Of a stretch of 24,000 nucleotides of DNA, positions 10,738-20,946 are shown one piece after another. The notes under the pieces were generated by a model. The model did no database searches, was not told the origin of the DNA, and saw only the letters and a program-made list of their open reading frames with translations. The position numbers and the translations under genes are program-made. The stretch is from the NCBI RefSeq assembly GCF_014522245.1, contig NZ_CP058596.1; one strand, given 5' to 3'. Source of the DNA: Escherichia coli. GTDB lineage: Bacteria; Pseudomonadota; Gammaproteobacteria; Enterobacterales; Enterobacteriaceae. Each line of letters starts with the position of its first letter. Position 1 is the first letter of the stretch.

Positions 10738-10769
10738 AGCGGCTTCCTGACAGGAGGCCGTTTTGTTTT
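10738..10769 (+). terminator. Intrinsic terminator of dps
   Basis: cggcttcctg pairs with caggaggccg (one G-U pair) and is followed by ttttgttttg. Confidence 0.8.
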
Positions 10770-10917
10770 GTAGCCCGCCTCAACGCACTTATTTAGTGCA
10801 TCCATCTGCTATCCCCAGCTGGTTAAGTAAATTTTTTGTATCCACATCATCACACAATCGTTACATAAAGATTGTTTTTTCATCATGTTTTACGCTAAAT
10901 AATCACTGTGTTGAGTG

Positions 10918-10962
10918 CACAATTTTAGCGCACCAGTTTGGTGCCCCAGAATGGTGCATCTT
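10918..10962. promoter_or_regulatory. NtrC (NRI) enhancer sites for glnHp2
   Basis: Overlapping TGCACC-N-GGTGCA-like dyads: tgcacaattttagcgca, gcaccagtttggtgc and gccccagaatggtgca. They lie about 75-110 bp upstream of the sigma-54 promoter. Confidence 0.7.
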
Positions 10963-11012
10963 CAGGGTATTGCCCTATAAATCGTGCATCACGTTTTTGC
11001 CGCATCTCGAAA

Positions 11013-11025
11013 AATCAATGAGTTG
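11013..11025. promoter_or_regulatory. IHF site between the NtrC enhancer and glnHp2
   Basis: AATCAATGAGTTG matches WATCAANNNNTTR. The position agrees with the known IHF-assisted architecture of glnHp2. Confidence 0.65.
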
Positions 11026-11030
11026 CAAAA

Positions 11031-11046
11031 CTGGCACGATTTTTTC
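11031..11046 (+). promoter_or_regulatory. Sigma-54 promoter glnHp2
   Basis: TGGCAC-gattt-TTTCA versus the consensus TGGCAC-N5-TTGCA (-24 exact, -12 with one mismatch), about 55 nt upstream of the glnH ATG. Confidence 0.8.
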
Positions 11047-11086
11047 ATATATGTGAATGTCACGCAGGGGATCGTCCCGTGGATAG

Positions 11087-11848
<762 letters not shown>

Positions 11849-11877
11849 TAACGCTGCGCCTGTAAAGCGCACTGGCA

Positions 11878-11936
11878 GTTCCCTCTCCCCGCCGGGGAGA
11901 GGATTAGGGTGAAGGGCGCAAACCCGCTCCGGGGCC
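11878..11936. repeat. GC-rich palindromic intergenic repeat in the glnH-glnP spacer (boxC-like; family assignment tentative)
   Basis: cctctcccc-gcc-ggggagagg forms a 9 bp stem (11882-11902), followed by attagggtgaagggcg. This ccctctcc.../gggttagggtgaggg-type motif recurs in E. coli intergenic regions. Confidence 0.5.
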
Positions 11937-11986
11937 ATTAATTACCCTGAATTTGATTATTTACACCACGGTAACAGGAACAACAT

Positions 11987-12646
11987 ATGCAGTTTGACTG
12001 GAGTGCCATCTGGCCTGCCATTCCGCTTCTGATTGAAGGTGCCAAAATGACCCTGTGGATTTCGGTCCTCGGTCTGGCTGGCGGTCTGGTGATCGGATTG
12101 TTGGCAGGTTTTGCACGCACCTTCGGTGGTTGGATAGCCAACCACGTCGCGCTGGTCTTTATTGAAGTGATCCGCGGCACACCTATCGTCGTCCAGGTGA
12201 TGTTTATCTATTTCGCCCTGCCGATGGCGTTTAACGATTTACGCATCGACCCGTTTACTGCGGCGGTGGTCACCATCATGATCAACTCCGGCGCGTACAT
12301 TGCGGAAATCACGCGTGGTGCGGTGCTGTCTATTCACAAAGGTTTTCGTGAAGCAGGACTGGCGCTCGGTCTTTCACGTTGGGAAACCATTCGCTACGTC
12401 ATTTTACCGCTGGCACTGCGTCGTATGCTGCCGCCGCTGGGTAACCAGTGGATCATCAGCATTAAAGACACTTCGCTGTTTATTGTTATCGGCGTGGCGG
12501 AACTGACCCGTCAGGGGCAAGAAATTATTGCCGGTAACTTCCGCGCCCTTGAGATCTGGAGCGCCGTGGCGGTGTTCTATCTGATTATTACCCTGGTGCT
12601 GAGCTTTATTCTGCGTCGTCTGGAAAGAAGGATGAAAATCCTGTGA
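11987..12646 (+). CDS. glnP: Glutamine ABC transporter permease
   Basis: 219 aa with multiple TM segments and an EAA-type loop ([24 protein letters not shown]). Matches E. coli GlnP. Confidence 0.96.
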
Positions 12647-13365
12647 TTGAATTTAAAAACGTCTCCAAGCATTTTGGTCCAACCCAGGTGCTGCACAATA
12701 TCGATTTGAACATTGCTCAGGGCGAAGTCGTGGTGATTATCGGGCCGTCCGGTTCCGGTAAATCGACCCTGCTGCGCTGCATCAACAAACTGGAAGAAAT
12801 CACCTCCGGCGATCTGATTGTCGATGGCCTGAAGGTTAACGATCCGAAAGTTGATGAGCGCCTGATTCGCCAGGAAGCGGGTATGGTGTTCCAGCAGTTT
12901 TACCTCTTCCCGCATCTGACGGCGCTGGAAAACGTCATGTTTGGCCCGCTACGCGTGCGTGGCGCGAACAAAGAAGAGGCGGAAAAACTGGCGCGTGAGC
13001 TGCTGGCGAAAGTCGGTCTGGCAGAGCGTGCACATCACTACCCTTCCGAACTTTCTGGTGGTCAACAGCAGCGTGTGGCGATTGCCCGCGCGCTGGCGGT
13101 GAAGCCGAAAATGATGCTGTTTGATGAACCGACTTCCGCTCTTGACCCGGAACTGCGCCATGAAGTGCTGAAGGTTATGCAGGATCTGGCTGAAGAAGGG
13201 ATGACGATGGTGATCGTGACCCACGAAATCGGTTTTGCCGAGAAAGTAGCTTCGCGCCTGATCTTTATCGACAAAGGCCGGATTGCAGAAGATGGCGATC
13301 CGCAGGTGTTGATCAAGAACCCGCCGAGCCAGCGCTTGCAGGAATTTTTGCAGCACGTCTCTTAA
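12643..13365 (+). CDS. glnQ: Glutamine ABC transporter ATP-binding protein
   Basis: 240 aa. The GTG start overlaps the glnP TGA (GTGA at 12643-12646). It has Walker [10 protein letters not shown], signature LSGGQQQR and Walker [12 protein letters not shown]. Confidence 0.96.
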
Positions 13366-13371
13366 CTTCTC

Positions 13372-13399
13372 TGCCTCCCTTTCCCCCGAAAGGGAGGCA
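13372..13399 (+). terminator. Strong hairpin after glnQ; probable operon 3' end
   Basis: tgcctcccttt (13372-13382) pairs perfectly with aaagggaggca (13389-13399) around a 6 nt loop. No U-tract follows. Confidence 0.5.
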
Positions 13400-13481
13400 C
13401 ACCAGATTCCTCTCATTTAAAATCGCCCAGCCTCCAGCATCTATACTTATCTTTTTGCTCTGTTTTCTCACTGGAGGAGTC

Positions 13482-15707
13482 ATGCGGTGGATCCTGTTCA
13501 TCCTCTTCTGCCTGTTGGGCGCACCTGCCCACGCGGTATCCATACCCGGCGTTACAACCACAACGACAACGGACTCAACGACTGAACCGGCCCCGGAATC
13601 GGATATCGAACAAAAAAAAGCGGCCTATGGCGCACTGGCGGATGTGCTGGATAATGACACCTCGCGTAAAGAGTTGATCGACCAGTTGCGCACCGTCGCC
13701 GCGACGCCCCCTGCGGAACCCGTACCGAAGATCGTGCCGCCGACGCTGGTTGAAGAGCAAACCGTGCTGCAAAAAGTCACCGAAGTCAGCCGCCATTATG
13801 GTGAAGCCCTTTCCGCCCGCTTCGGACAACTTTATCGCAATATCACCGGCTCCCCGCATAAGCCGTTTAATCCACAAACCTTCAGCAATGCGTTGACCCA
13901 TTTTTCAATGTTAGCGGTATTAGTGTTTGGTTTTTACTGGCTGATTCGCCTGTGCGCACTTCCGCTGTATCGCAAAATGGGCCAGTGGGCGCGGCAAAAA
14001 AATCGTGAGCGCAGTAACTGGTTGCAGCTTCCGGCGATGATTATCGGGGCGTTTATTATCGACCTGCTGTTACTGGCACTGACATTATTTGTCGGTCAGG
14101 TTTTAAGCGACAACCTGAATGCGGGCAGTCGCACCATCGCTTTCCAACAAAGTTTGTTTCTCAACGCCTTTGCCCTGATTGAATTTTTCAAAGCCGTACT
14201 ACGCCTGATTTTTTGCCCAAACGTGGCTGAACTGCGCCCGTTCACGATTCATGACGAGACCGCCCGTTACTGGAGTCGTCGCCTGAGCTGGTTAAGCAGC
14301 CTGATTGGCTATGGTCTGATTGTGGCTGTGCCGATTATCTCTAATCAGGTGAATGTACAGATAGGTGCACTGGCGAACGTCATCATTATGCTGTGCATGA
14401 CCGTCTGGGCGTTGTACCTGATTTTTCGTAATAAAAAAGAGATCACCCAGCATTTGCTCAACTTTGCGGAGCATTCGCTGGCCTTTTTCAGCCTGTTTAT
14501 CCGCGCCTTTGCGCTGGTGTGGCACTGGCTGGCAAGCGCCTATTTTATCGTGCTGTTTTTCTTTTCGTTGTTCGATCCGGGCAACAGCCTGAAATTTATG
14601 ATGGGTGCAACGGTGCGCAGCCTGGCGATTATTGGTATCGCAGCATTTGTTTCCGGTATGTTTTCCCGCTGGTTGGCGAAAACCATCACCCTCTCGCCAC
14701 ATACTCAGCGTAACTATCCCGAGCTGCAAAAACGGCTGAATGGATGGCTTTCGGCGGCACTGAAAACAGCGCGTATTCTGACAGTCTGCGTGGCGGTAAT
14801 GCTGCTGTTGAGCGCATGGGGATTGTTCGATTTCTGGAACTGGCTGCAAAACGGAGCGGGGCAGAAAACCGTAGATATCCTGATCCGTATCGCACTCATT
14901 CTTTTCTTCTCGGCGGTTGGCTGGACGGTGCTCGCCAGTTTGATAGAAAACCGGCTGGCTTCGGATATTCATGGCCGCCCGCTACCCAGCGCCCGTACGC
15001 GAACCCTGCTGACGCTGTTCCGTAACGCGCTGGCGGTGATTATCAGTACCATCACCATCATGATTGTGTTGTCGGAAATCGGCGTCAATATCGCGCCATT
15101 GCTGGCAGGTGCCGGGGCATTAGGTCTGGCTATCTCGTTTGGTTCGCAAACGCTGGTGAAAGATATTATTACCGGAGTATTTATTCAGTTTGAAAACGGC
15201 ATGAACACTGGAGATTTGGTGACTATCGGGCCGTTGACCGGCACTGTGGAACGGATGTCGATTCGCTCCGTGGGCGTGCGCCAGGATACCGGGGCGTATC
15301 ACATCATTCCGTGGTCTTCGATAACCACCTTTGCTAACTTCGTCCGCGGTATTGGTTCGGTAGTGGCAAACTACGATGTTGATCGCCATGAAGATGCTGA
15401 TAAAGCCAATCAGGCACTGAAAGATGCGGTAGCAGAATTGATGGAAAACGAAGAAATTCGCGGGCTGGTTATTGGTGAACCGAACTTTGCCGGGATTGTC
15501 GGCTTAAGCAATACCGCGTTTACACTGCGTGTTTCGTTCACCACGCTGCCACTCAAACAGTGGACGGTCCGCTTTGCCCTCGACAGCCAGGTGAAAAAAC
15601 ATTTCGACCTGGCGGGTGTTCGCGCGCCGGTACAGACTTATCAGGTGCTGCCAGCTCCGGGCGCGGCCCCGGCTGAACCGTTGCCGCCGGGGGAGCCAAC
15701 GCTTTAA
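13482..15707 (+). CDS. ybiO: MscS-family mechanosensitive channel (large paralog)
   Basis: 741 aa from the ATG at 13482, preceded by GGAGGAG. The track's start at 13455 is a TTG extension. It has a signal peptide, a Thr/Pro-rich periplasmic region, multiple TM segments and the MscS core ([23 protein letters not shown]). Confidence 0.95.
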   Translation: MRWILFILFCLLGAPAHAVSIPGVTTTTTTDSTTEPAPESDIEQKKAAYGALADVLDNDTSRKELIDQLRTVAATPPAEPVPKIVPPTLVEEQTVLQKVTEVSRHYGEALSARFGQLYRNITGSPHKPFNPQTFSNALTHFSMLAVLVFGFYWLIRLCALPLYRKMGQWARQKNRERSNWLQLPAMIIGAFIIDLLLLALTLFVGQVLSDNLNAGSRTIAFQQSLFLNAFALIEFFKAVLRLIFCPNVAELRPFTIHDETARYWSRRLSWLSSLIGYGLIVAVPIISNQVNVQIGALANVIIMLCMTVWALYLIFRNKKEITQHLLNFAEHSLAFFSLFIRAFALVWHWLASAYFIVLFFFSLFDPGNSLKFMMGATVRSLAIIGIAAFVSGMFSRWLAKTITLSPHTQRNYPELQKRLNGWLSAALKTARILTVCVAVMLLLSAWGLFDFWNWLQNGAGQKTVDILIRIALILFFSAVGWTVLASLIENRLASDIHGRPLPSARTRTLLTLFRNALAVIISTITIMIVLSEIGVNIAPLLAGAGALGLAISFGSQTLVKDIITGVFIQFENGMNTGDLVTIGPLTGTVERMSIRSVGVRQDTGAYHIIPWSSITTFANFVRGIGSVVANYDVDRHEDADKANQALKDAVAELMENEEIRGLVIGEPNFAGIVGLSNTAFTLRVSFTTLPLKQWTVRFALDSQVKKHFDLAGVRAPVQTYQVLPAPGAAPAEPLPPGEPTL

Positions 15708-16630
15708 CGCTGGCGATTGACAAAACGGCGGCGCTGCTCGTCGTTCATAAAGGTCCAGGCTATAAAGCGGCTCTGCTTTTGCCCCTGGGCCATCTCTTTT
15801 TTTACCACCTTCACCGCACCTACGTCCGTCAAAGCACGATACAACGGCGGTAAGTTTTCACCACGAGATACCAGCGAGGTAAACCACATCACCTGCTTCG
15901 CGAAGCCTTTGCTCTCTTCAATCATCTTTTTAATAAAGGCGACTTCACCGCCTTCACACCACAACTCCTGTTGCTGACCACCAAAGTTCAGTGCATCGTC
16001 TTTGTTCAGCCCCAGGTTACGGCGTTTACGTTCACTACCTGCCCGTGCCGCAGTGGCGGAATTGTGGAATGGCGGGTTACACAAGGTCGCATCGTATTGC
16101 TCGTTTTTATGGATGATGCCGTTAAAAATCGCCCCACTCTCTTTTTGCCGACGCAGACGAATGGCGCGGTTAAGCCCCGGATTAGCACTGATGATTGCCT
16201 GCGCACTGCTTAACGCCTGGCTGCTGGTTTCACTACCGGTAAAACGCCAGCCATATTCATGTACGCCAATCAGCGGATAAATACAGTTCGCACCAACGCC
16301 GATATCCAGAATGCTGGCATTAGCTGGAATTGTTCCGCTTGCTTCGGCCAGTAAATCGGCAAGGTGATGAATATAATCCGCCCGGCCCGGTACTGGTGGG
16401 CAGAGAAAACCGTCCGGGATATCCCAGTTCGCTACGGCGTAAAAATGGGCCAGCAACGCCTTATTGAGCGCCTTCACCGCCAGCGGATTGGCAAAGTCTA
16501 CGCTTTGCTCCCCGGCGGGTGTAAGCGTGAGGAATTGCCTGAGTTCAGGATTGACCTGACAAAGCGTGGCGAGATCGTAGCGGCTGTGATGACGGTTGCG
16601 CGGATGCAACCCCGGTTTCTGGGCGGACAT
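15704..16630 (-). CDS. rlmF: 23S rRNA m6A1618 methyltransferase
   Basis: 308 aa from the ATG at 16630, preceded by AAGGAGAA. The track's 338 aa version is an upstream extension. It has the SAM-binding motif [12 protein letters not shown] and the NPPF catalytic motif. Matches E. coli RlmF (YbiN). Confidence 0.94.
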   Translation of the reverse strand: MSAQKPGLHPRNRHHSRYDLATLCQVNPELRQFLTLTPAGEQSVDFANPLAVKALNKALLAHFYAVANWDIPDGFLCPPVPGRADYIHHLADLLAEASGTIPANASILDIGVGANCIYPLIGVHEYGWRFTGSETSSQALSSAQAIISANPGLNRAIRLRRQKESGAIFNGIIHKNEQYDATLCNPPFHNSATAARAGSERKRRNLGLNKDDALNFGGQQQELWCEGGEVAFIKKMIEESKGFAKQVMWFTSLVSRGENLPPLYRALTDVGAVKVVKKEMAQGQKQSRFIAWTFMNDEQRRRFVNRQR

Positions 16631-16905
16631 AGCATTCTCCTTTAAGCAGCGGCGTAAGATACCCGCATAACGCGACAGGGTAAATATCTGGCTGCGTTTA
16701 TCATTTCTAAAAACCTTCACATGGCTATGGTTTATGGCAATTCACCATAAAAATCATCATCATGCATGTCATTGATTTGTCTTATTTTGTAAAAATATAT
16801 CGTTCAAAAAATAAGCACATCTCTGTCAATTTTTTACGTCATTTTCATCGCGCAGGCGACCTACACTTATCTGGCACTACCCGTTGTATTTATGAGGATG
16901 TCATT

Positions 16906-17166
16906 ATGAAAAAGTGCCTCACACTACTGATTGCCACCGTCCTGAGCGGAATCTCTCTCACGGCTTATGCCGCGCAACCGATGAGTAACCTGGACAGAGG
17001 TCAACTACGGCCCGCCGGTACCGTTTCGGCAACTGGCGCATCAAACCTAAGCGATCTGGAGGATAAACTGGCAGAAAAAGCGCGCGAACAAGGCGCGAAA
17101 GGTTATGTCATTAATTCCGCAGGCGGAAATGACCAGATGTTCGGTACTGCAATCATCTACAAATAA
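16906..17166 (+). CDS. mcbA: Small secreted DUF1471 (YhcN/BhsA/McbA family) protein
   Basis: 86 aa from the ATG at 16906, preceded by GAGGA. It has signal peptide MKKCLTLLIATVLSGISLTAYA and C-terminus GTAIIYK. Matches E. coli YbiM/McbA. Confidence 0.9.
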   Translation: MKKCLTLLIATVLSGISLTAYAAQPMSNLDRGQLRPAGTVSATGASNLSDLEDKLAEKAREQGAKGYVINSAGGNDQMFGTAIIYK

Positions 17167-17178
17167 CCCCACCAACGT

Positions 17179-17208
17179 AACTGCATTCGTCTCTGGATGC
17201 AGTTTTCG
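17179..17208 (+). terminator. Intrinsic terminator of mcbA
   Basis: aactgcat (17179-17186) pairs with atgcagtt (17197-17204), followed by ttcg. The U-tract is partly inside the stem. Confidence 0.6.
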
Positions 17209-17301
17209 TCCGATTTGTAAGCAAAAAACATCAAATATGAACGCAATGTAAATAAATGTATTTCTTTTTCGCGCAATGGGTGATAGAAAATCGCGCCAAG
17301 T

Positions 17302-17326
17302 GATAATGCTTATCAAAATTATTATC
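17302..17326. promoter_or_regulatory. Fur box(es) in the fiu promoter
   Basis: gataatgcttatcaaaattattatc. The first 19 nt match GATAATGATAATCATTATC at 14 of 19 positions, with an overlapping second partial box. It lies about 105 nt upstream of the fiu ATG. Confidence 0.75.
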
Positions 17327-17430
17327 ACTTGCACGTACGCTATCACGGGATTAACAGTGGCATCGCATCCGCAGAGATGCTTTCTCGTGACAGTGAAAAT
17401 TTCACCATATAAGAAAAAGTCACCTGCAAA

Positions 17431-19713
17431 ATGGAAAACAATCGCAATTTCCCTGCCAGACAATTTCATTCGCTCACGTTCTTTGCCGGTCTTTGTATTG
17501 GTATTACGCCTGTGGCACAGGCACTCGCTGCCGAAGGGCAAGCTAACGCGGATGACACGCTGGTTGTCGAAGCATCAACGCCTTCGCTTTATGCGCCACA
17601 ACAATCTGCCGATCCGAAATTCTCGCGTCCGGTAGCGGATACTACCCGCACGATGACGGTGATTTCTGAACAAGTGATTAAAGATCAGGGTGCAACCAAC
17701 CTTACCGACGCGCTCAAAAACGTCCCCGGCGTGGGTGCGTTTTTTGCGGGTGAGAACGGTAACTCCACCACTGGCGACGCCATTTATATGCGCGGTGCCG
17801 ATACCTCTAACAGTATTTATATCGATGGCATTCGCGATATCGGCAGCGTCTCGCGCGACACCTTCAATACCGAGCAGGTCGAAGTAATTAAAGGGCCGTC
17901 CGGCACCGACTACGGGCGCAGCGCACCGACAGGCTCGATCAATATGATCAGCAAACAGCCGCGCAATGATTCCGGCATTGACGCCTCCGCCAGTATTGGC
18001 AGCGCCTGGTTCCGCCGCGGCACGCTGGACGTCAATCAGGTCATTGGTGATACCACTGCGGTGCGCCTGAATGTAATGGGCGAAAAAACGCACGATGCCG
18101 GACGCGACAAAGTCAAAAATGAGCGTTACGGCGTCGCCCCTTCTGTCGCTTTTGGCCTTGGTACAGCGAATCGTTTGTATCTTAATTATCTGCATGTCAC
18201 CCAGCACAACACGCCAGACGGCGGCATTCCGACCATCGGTTTACCGGGTTATTCTGCCCCATCTGCGGGAACAGCAGCCCTGAATCATTCCGGAAAAGTT
18301 GATACTCATAACTTTTACGGCACAGATTCCGATTACGACGATTCGACCACCGACACCGCTACCATGCGTTTTGAGCACGACATCAACGATAACACCACCA
18401 TTCGCAACACTACGCGTTGGTCGCGCGTAAAGCAGGATTACCTGATGACGGCGATTATGGGTGGAGCGTCGAATATTACCCAGCCCACCAGCGATGTGAA
18501 TAGCTGGACGTGGTCACGCACGGCGAATACCAAAGATGTGAGTAACAAAATTCTCACCAACCAGACCAACCTGACCTCGACGTTCTATACCGGCGCTATC
18601 GGTCATGATCTCAGTACCGGCGTGGAATTTACCCGCGAAACACAGACTAACTATGGCGTTAATCCGGTGACGTTACCGGCGGTAAATATTTATCATCCTG
18701 ACAGCAGCATTCATCCCGGCGGCCTGACGCGCAACGGCGCAAACGCCAATGGTCAGACGGATACCTTCGCAATTTATGCCTTCGATACGCTGCAAATCAC
18801 CCGTGATTTTGAGCTGAACGGCGGGATCCGTCTGGATAATTATCATACTGAATATGACAGTGCTACCGCCTGCGGCGGCAGCGGGCGCGGTGCCATCACC
18901 TGCCCTGCTGGCGTGGCAAAAGGTTCTCCGGTCACCACCGTCGACACCGCCAAGTCGGGCAATCTGGTGAACTGGAAAGCCGGGGCGCTGTATCACCTGA
19001 CGGAAAACGGCAATGTCTATATTAACTATGCCGTTTCCCAGCAGCCGCCGGGCGGCAACAACTTCGCCCTTGCGCAGTCTGGCAGCGGTAACAGTGCCAA
19101 CCGCACCGATTTTAAACCACAAAAAGCCAACACCAGCGAGATTGGCACCAAATGGCAGGTTCTGGATAAACGCCTGCTACTTACCGCCGCGCTGTTCCGT
19201 ACTGATATTGAAAATGAAGTTGAGCAAAATGATGACGGGACTTATTCGCAATATGGTAAGAAACGTGTCGAAGGCTACGAGATATCCGTGGCCGGGAATA
19301 TCACCCCCGCATGGCAGATGATTGGCGGCTATACCCAGCAAAAAGCAACTATCAAAAACGGCAAAGATGTTGCCCAGGATGGTTCCTCATCGCTGCCGTA
19401 TACCCCGGAACACGCCTTCACCTTATGGAGCCAGTATCAGGCAACCGATGATATTTCTGTTGGTGCGGGCGCACGGTATATCGGCAGTATGCATAAAGGT
19501 TCAGACGGCGCGGTGGGGACGCCAGCATTTACCGAAGGTTATTGGGTCGCCGACGCCAAACTGGGGTATCGGGTTAATCGCAATCTCGACTTCCAGCTAA
19601 ACGTCTACAACCTGTTTGATACCGATTACGTCGCCTCAATCAATAAGAGCGGCTACCGTTATCACCCGGGCGAGCCAAGAACCTTCTTGCTCACAGCTAA
19701 TATGCATTTCTGA
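17431..19713 (+). CDS. fiu: TonB-dependent outer-membrane receptor for catecholate siderophores and their breakdown products
   Basis: 760 aa with a signal peptide ending AQALA, a TonB box DTLVVEA, plug and 22-strand barrel regions, and a terminal Phe. Matches E. coli Fiu. Confidence 0.97.
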   Translation: MENNRNFPARQFHSLTFFAGLCIGITPVAQALAAEGQANADDTLVVEASTPSLYAPQQSADPKFSRPVADTTRTMTVISEQVIKDQGATNLTDALKNVPGVGAFFAGENGNSTTGDAIYMRGADTSNSIYIDGIRDIGSVSRDTFNTEQVEVIKGPSGTDYGRSAPTGSINMISKQPRNDSGIDASASIGSAWFRRGTLDVNQVIGDTTAVRLNVMGEKTHDAGRDKVKNERYGVAPSVAFGLGTANRLYLNYLHVTQHNTPDGGIPTIGLPGYSAPSAGTAALNHSGKVDTHNFYGTDSDYDDSTTDTATMRFEHDINDNTTIRNTTRWSRVKQDYLMTAIMGGASNITQPTSDVNSWTWSRTANTKDVSNKILTNQTNLTSTFYTGAIGHDLSTGVEFTRETQTNYGVNPVTLPAVNIYHPDSSIHPGGLTRNGANANGQTDTFAIYAFDTLQITRDFELNGGIRLDNYHTEYDSATACGGSGRGAITCPAGVAKGSPVTTVDTAKSGNLVNWKAGALYHLTENGNVYINYAVSQQPPGGNNFALAQSGSGNSANRTDFKPQKANTSEIGTKWQVLDKRLLLTAALFRTDIENEVEQNDDGTYSQYGKKRVEGYEISVAGNITPAWQMIGGYTQQKATIKNGKDVAQDGSSSLPYTPEHAFTLWSQYQATDDISVGAGARYIGSMHKGSDGAVGTPAFTEGYWVADAKLGYRVNRNLDFQLNVYNLFDTDYVASINKSGYRYHPGEPRTFLLTANMHF

Positions 19714-19763
19714 TTCAGATGTGGGGCGCAAGGCTCACTAATGTTGATGGCGAGAGCAGGACT

Positions 19764-19861
19764 GCCTGATGCGCTGCGCTTATCAGGCCTACAAGGTTGT
19801 GCAATACACTGAATTCACATCATTTGGTAGGCCGGATAAGGCGTTCACGCCGCATCCGGCA
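19764..19861. repeat. REP pair (BIME) in the fiu-ybiX spacer
   Basis: gcctgatgcgctgcgcttatcaggcctac (19764-19792) and the inverted gtaggccggataaggcgttcacgccgcatccggca (19827-19861) are both canonical REP/PU sequences. Confidence 0.85.
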
Positions 19862-19894
19862 CCTGAGCACCATTGCCTGCTGTTAAAAATCGGT

Positions 19895-19917
19895 GTGGGG
19901 CGCAGGCCCCACTTTTT
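19895..19917 (+). terminator. Intrinsic terminator or attenuator between fiu and ybiX
   Basis: gtggggc-gcag-gccccac is followed by ttttt. The T-run abuts the ybiX Shine-Dalgarno GGAG (19918-19921). Confidence 0.65.
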
Positions 19918-19928
19918 GGAGAACTTGT

Positions 19929-20606
19929 ATGATGTACCACATTCCCGGCGTGTTATCGCCACAGGACGTCGCCCGTTTTCGCGAACACCTGGAACAAGCC
20001 GAATGGGTGGATGGGCGCGTCACCACCGGCGCACAAGGTGCGCAAGTTAAGAACAATCAACAAGTAGACACCCGCAGCGCCCTGTACGCCGCCCTGCAAA
20101 ATGAGGTGCTGAACGCGGTTAACCAACATGCTTTGTTCTTTGCCGCGGCCTTGCCGCGTACCCTTTCCACGCCGCTGTTTAATCGCTATCAGAACAATGA
20201 AACCTATGGTTTTCATGTGGATGGCGCAGTACGCAGCCATCCACAAAACGGCTGGATGCGCACTGACCTTTCTGCCACGCTGTTTTTAAGCGATCCAGAA
20301 AGCTACGACGGCGGCGAACTGGTCGTTAATGACACCTTCGGGCAACATCGGGTAAAACTCCCGGCAGGCGATCTGGTGTTGTATCCCTCCAGCAGCCTGC
20401 ATTGCGTGACACCCGTAACCCGCGGCGTGCGAGTGGCATCATTTATGTGGATCCAGTCGATGATCCGCGATGATAAAAAGCGCGCCATGCTGTTTGAACT
20501 GGACAACAATATTCAGTCGCTGAAAAGCCACTACGGCGAAAGTGAAGAGATCCTGTCGCTGCTCAATCTTTATCATAATCTGCTGCGGGAATGGTCGGAG
20601 ATCTGA
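19929..20606 (+). CDS. ybiX: PKHD-type Fe(II)/2-oxoglutarate-dependent hydroxylase
   Basis: 225 aa from the ATG at 19929 (MMYHIPGVL...). The track's start at 19893 lies inside the terminator hairpin. It has an HxD...H facial triad (HVDGA ... SLHCV). Matches E. coli YbiX. Confidence 0.93.
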   Translation: MMYHIPGVLSPQDVARFREHLEQAEWVDGRVTTGAQGAQVKNNQQVDTRSALYAALQNEVLNAVNQHALFFAAALPRTLSTPLFNRYQNNETYGFHVDGAVRSHPQNGWMRTDLSATLFLSDPESYDGGELVVNDTFGQHRVKLPAGDLVLYPSSSLHCVTPVTRGVRVASFMWIQSMIRDDKKRAMLFELDNNIQSLKSHYGESEEILSLLNLYHNLLREWSEI

Positions 20607-20679
20607 CGCTTGAACTGCCCGAGTTCGTCCCTATATTAGCTACACTTAACTGTACAAGCATTGATATGGGGAGGACGAT

Positions 20680-20946
20680 ATGGCATCCGGTTGGGCTAAT
20701 GATGACGCCGTCAACGAACAGATCAACAGTACAATTGAAGATGCGATTGCCCGCGCTCGGGGTGAAATTCCGCGTGGCGAAAGCCTGTATGAATGTGAAG
20801 AGTGCGGTGCCCCTATCCCGCAGGCCCGTCGGGAAGCCATTCCTGGCGTGCGCTTATGCATTCATTGCCAACAGGAGAAAGATTTACAAAAACCAGCTTA
20901 TACAGGATATAATCGCAGAGGTTCGAAAGACAGCCAGTTACGTTAA
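20680..20946 (+). CDS. ybiI: DksA/TraR-family C4 zinc-finger protein
   Basis: 88 aa, preceded by GGGGAGGA. It has the CxxC-N17-CxxC motif (CEECGAPIPQARREAIPGVRLCIHC). Matches E. coli YbiI. Confidence 0.93.
   Translation: MASGWANDDAVNEQINSTIEDAIARARGEIPRGESLYECEECGAPIPQARREAIPGVRLCIHCQQEKDLQKPAYTGYNRRGSKDSQLR

Noticed and set aside
13554-13583. acaaccacaacgacaacggactcaacgact run near the 5' end of ybiO, considered as a possible slippage-prone simple-sequence repeat or phase-variation tract
   Set aside because: The repeat is imperfect with mixed ACN codons, and it simply encodes a Thr-rich linker ([10 protein letters not shown]). It has no homopolymeric or perfect tandem unit.
14292-14972. 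226 aa minus-strand ORF inside ybiO, plus smaller ones at 14686-14899
   Set aside because: It is an antisense shadow ORF of ybiO with a Arg/Gln/Cys/His-rich, low-plausibility composition and no ribosome-binding site.
16762-16905. N-terminal extensions offered by the ORF track for mcbA (134 aa), and similarly for ompX, rhtA, dps, ybiO and rlmF
   Set aside because: In each case an internal ATG with a proper Shine-Dalgarno yields the known protein length, or a signal peptide right at the N-terminus. The extensions cover AT-rich promoter DNA.
17575-18207. 210 aa minus-strand ORF inside fiu, and a 149 aa ORF at 18673-19122
   Set aside because: Both are antisense shadow ORFs within a conserved TonB-dependent receptor gene, and no independent signals support them.
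19769-20050. 93 aa plus-strand ORF starting inside the BIME and overlapping the ybiX 5' end out of frame. The ybiX track start at 19893 was considered with it.
   Set aside because: The first ORF translates REP sequence (MRCAYQAYK...). The 19893 start lies within the terminator hairpin, whereas ATG 19929 has a GGAG at correct spacing and gives the known 225 aa YbiX.
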